This document shows, one piece after another, positions 30,696 to 32,000 of a DNA stretch of 32,000 bases. The stretch is from the NCBI RefSeq assembly GCF_001457595.1, contig NZ_LN831039.1:2790001-2822000 (forward strand), written 5' to 3'. The DNA comes from Mycolicibacterium smegmatis. Its GTDB lineage: Bacteria; Actinomycetota; Actinomycetes; Mycobacteriales; Mycobacteriaceae. The position numbers and the translations under genes were made by a program. The notes beneath the pieces are model-generated. The model was given only the letters and a program-made list of their open reading frames with translations. It was not told the DNA's origin and did no database searches. How positions within the stretch are numbered: position 1 is the stretch's first letter; each line of letters begins with the position of its first letter.

Positions 30696-30747
30696 GTGCC
30701 CATCCTTCCCAACGGAAGAACTCTCCAGACACGCCGGGGCGGATCAC

Positions 30748-31963
30748 GAACGAGCAGCACCATCAAACTGGCGACAAGGTTGGTCACGGGACGACGCACG
30801 ATGCGAATGCCGGATCTGCGCCAGAACCGCGCGGTGATCTCGCGTCGTGGTGAGACCCAGCCACGACGTCCGGCCAGCACGATGATGGCGGGCAGCAAGG
30901 TCACCGCGGCCAGGAACGCCACCCCGATGGCGATCGCCAACGCGGGGCCGATGGTCGCGAACAACTCCAAGCTCGCGAACGTCATCCCGAGAAACGTGAC
31001 GCCCACCGTCGCTGCAGATGCCGCGATGACCTTGCCGATCGAACTCAACGCGCTCTTGACCGCTTGATCCGAATCCGCGCCGAGCCGAAGGAAATCGTGG
31101 TAGCGGCTGATGAGAAAGACGGCGTAATCGGTCCCCGCGCCGGCCATCAACCCGCTGAGCAGCGTGATGGTCTGATTGGACACACCCAGACCCAATTGGG
31201 CGGCGCCGGCAACAGCGGCCTGCGCGACCCCCAGGGAGACACCGATCATCAGCACCGGCAGCAGGATCGTCGCGGGTTTCCGGTAGACGATCACCAGGAT
31301 GGTGAGCAGCAGAGCGACGATCGCGATTTCGATCTTGATCTGATCCCGCAGACCGACCTCGATGGAATCGGCGAGGGTGGCTGCCGGTCCGGTCAGGTGC
31401 GCGGTCAGCGTCGATCCCGCGACCGCGTGATCGACGATGTCGGCCACCCGCGTGTAGGCGGCATAGGACTCGGGCGAACCCACGTCACCTGAGAGGCCGA
31501 TCGGCAGCAGCCACGCCTTGCGGTCCTGGCTGCTGAGAGTCTCGCGCAGCTGCGGTGTTCCGAGGAACTCCTGCAACCACAGGACGTCCCGGCCGTCCTG
31601 GCGGAGTCGTCCGACCACCGTGCGGTAGACCTGCTCGTCGTCCGGTCCGAGTCCGTGCTCGTCGGTGAGGAGAACCAGCAGCACGTTCTCGGACCCGGCT
31701 TCGTGAAAGGCCGCGGTCATCTGTTGCGTCGCAACCATCGACGGGGCGCTGGCCGGGATCGGCGCGACGGGATGTTTCTGGGTCGCCTCCGCCAGGGTGG
31801 GGAACATGGGTGGCAGCGCCACCGCGAGCGCGATCCAGCAGCCGATGACGAGCCACGGCCACCGAACGACGACATCCCCGAGCCATCCGAAGACACCACC
31901 GGTTCCGGAGGGTTTCGTCGTGTGCGTCCGGGGTGACCCTGATGCCTCTGTCGGCCGGCGCAT
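30748..31963 (-). pseudogene. MmpL/RND-family transporter, C-terminally truncated by the IS element
   Basis: N-terminal TM ([18 protein letters not shown]) and TM block ([24 protein letters not shown]...) present. The ORF continues ~30 codons into the IS (stop at 30656), so at least half of a normal MmpL is missing. Confidence 0.9.
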
Positions 31964-32000
31964 CGGTGGTCCAGACCGTGCTCAGGTCGCAGTGGGATGC

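Larger units (their letters stand above)
27925..30747 (-). mobile_element. IS3-family (IS6110-like, IS51-group) insertion sequence, interrupted by an IS30-family element
   Basis: Outer inverted repeats: TGATCCGCCCCGGCATGTCGGGAG at 27925 and, reversed, TGATCCGCCCCGGCGTGTCTGGAG ending at 30747. Length without insert and TSD = 1365 bp. Contains orfA and split orfB. Confidence 0.93.

Noticed and set aside
30656-30747. Last ~30 residues of the MmpL ORF
   Set aside because: Read out of the IS3-family end, not part of the native transporter.

Overview
High-GC mycobacterial chromosome, collinear with the M. tuberculosis Rv2800-Rv2763c block. ThyA, DHFR, BlaS and PptT look like the M. smegmatis group; the species call is inference. 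Core genes: DMT transporter fragment, enoyl-CoA hydratase, DUF2277, DUF1802, CocE-like hydrolase, DUF3558-like protein, metallophosphoesterase, pptT, truB, an SfnB-like/SsuD-like pair, DtxR-family regulator (sirR/mntR), ribF, rpsO, lppU-like lipoprotein, gpsI, pepR, class A beta-lactamase, ald, aldR, META-domain lipoprotein, DUF222/HNH (13E12-type) protein, dapB, CitE-like lyase, dienelactone hydrolase, thyA and dfrA. The last ~4.7 kb is a rearranged accessory end. A fatty acyl-AMP ligase gene is cut after ~214 codons by an IS6110-like IS3-family element. That element's orfB is itself split by an intact IS30-family element with a TTG target duplication, and its other flank is a C-terminally truncated mmpL. 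The outer flanks do not share a target duplication, suggesting IS-mediated deletion or rearrangement. The best regulatory signals are a perfect mycobacterial SOS box overlapping a candidate leaderless -10 at the DUF222/HNH gene, a perfect 20-bp palindrome just upstream of the CocE-like hydrolase, and a repeated TANNNT-(5-8 nt)-start-codon arrangement predicting many leaderless mRNAs. I found no CRISPR array or RNA gene, and no convincing wholly novel multigene system.
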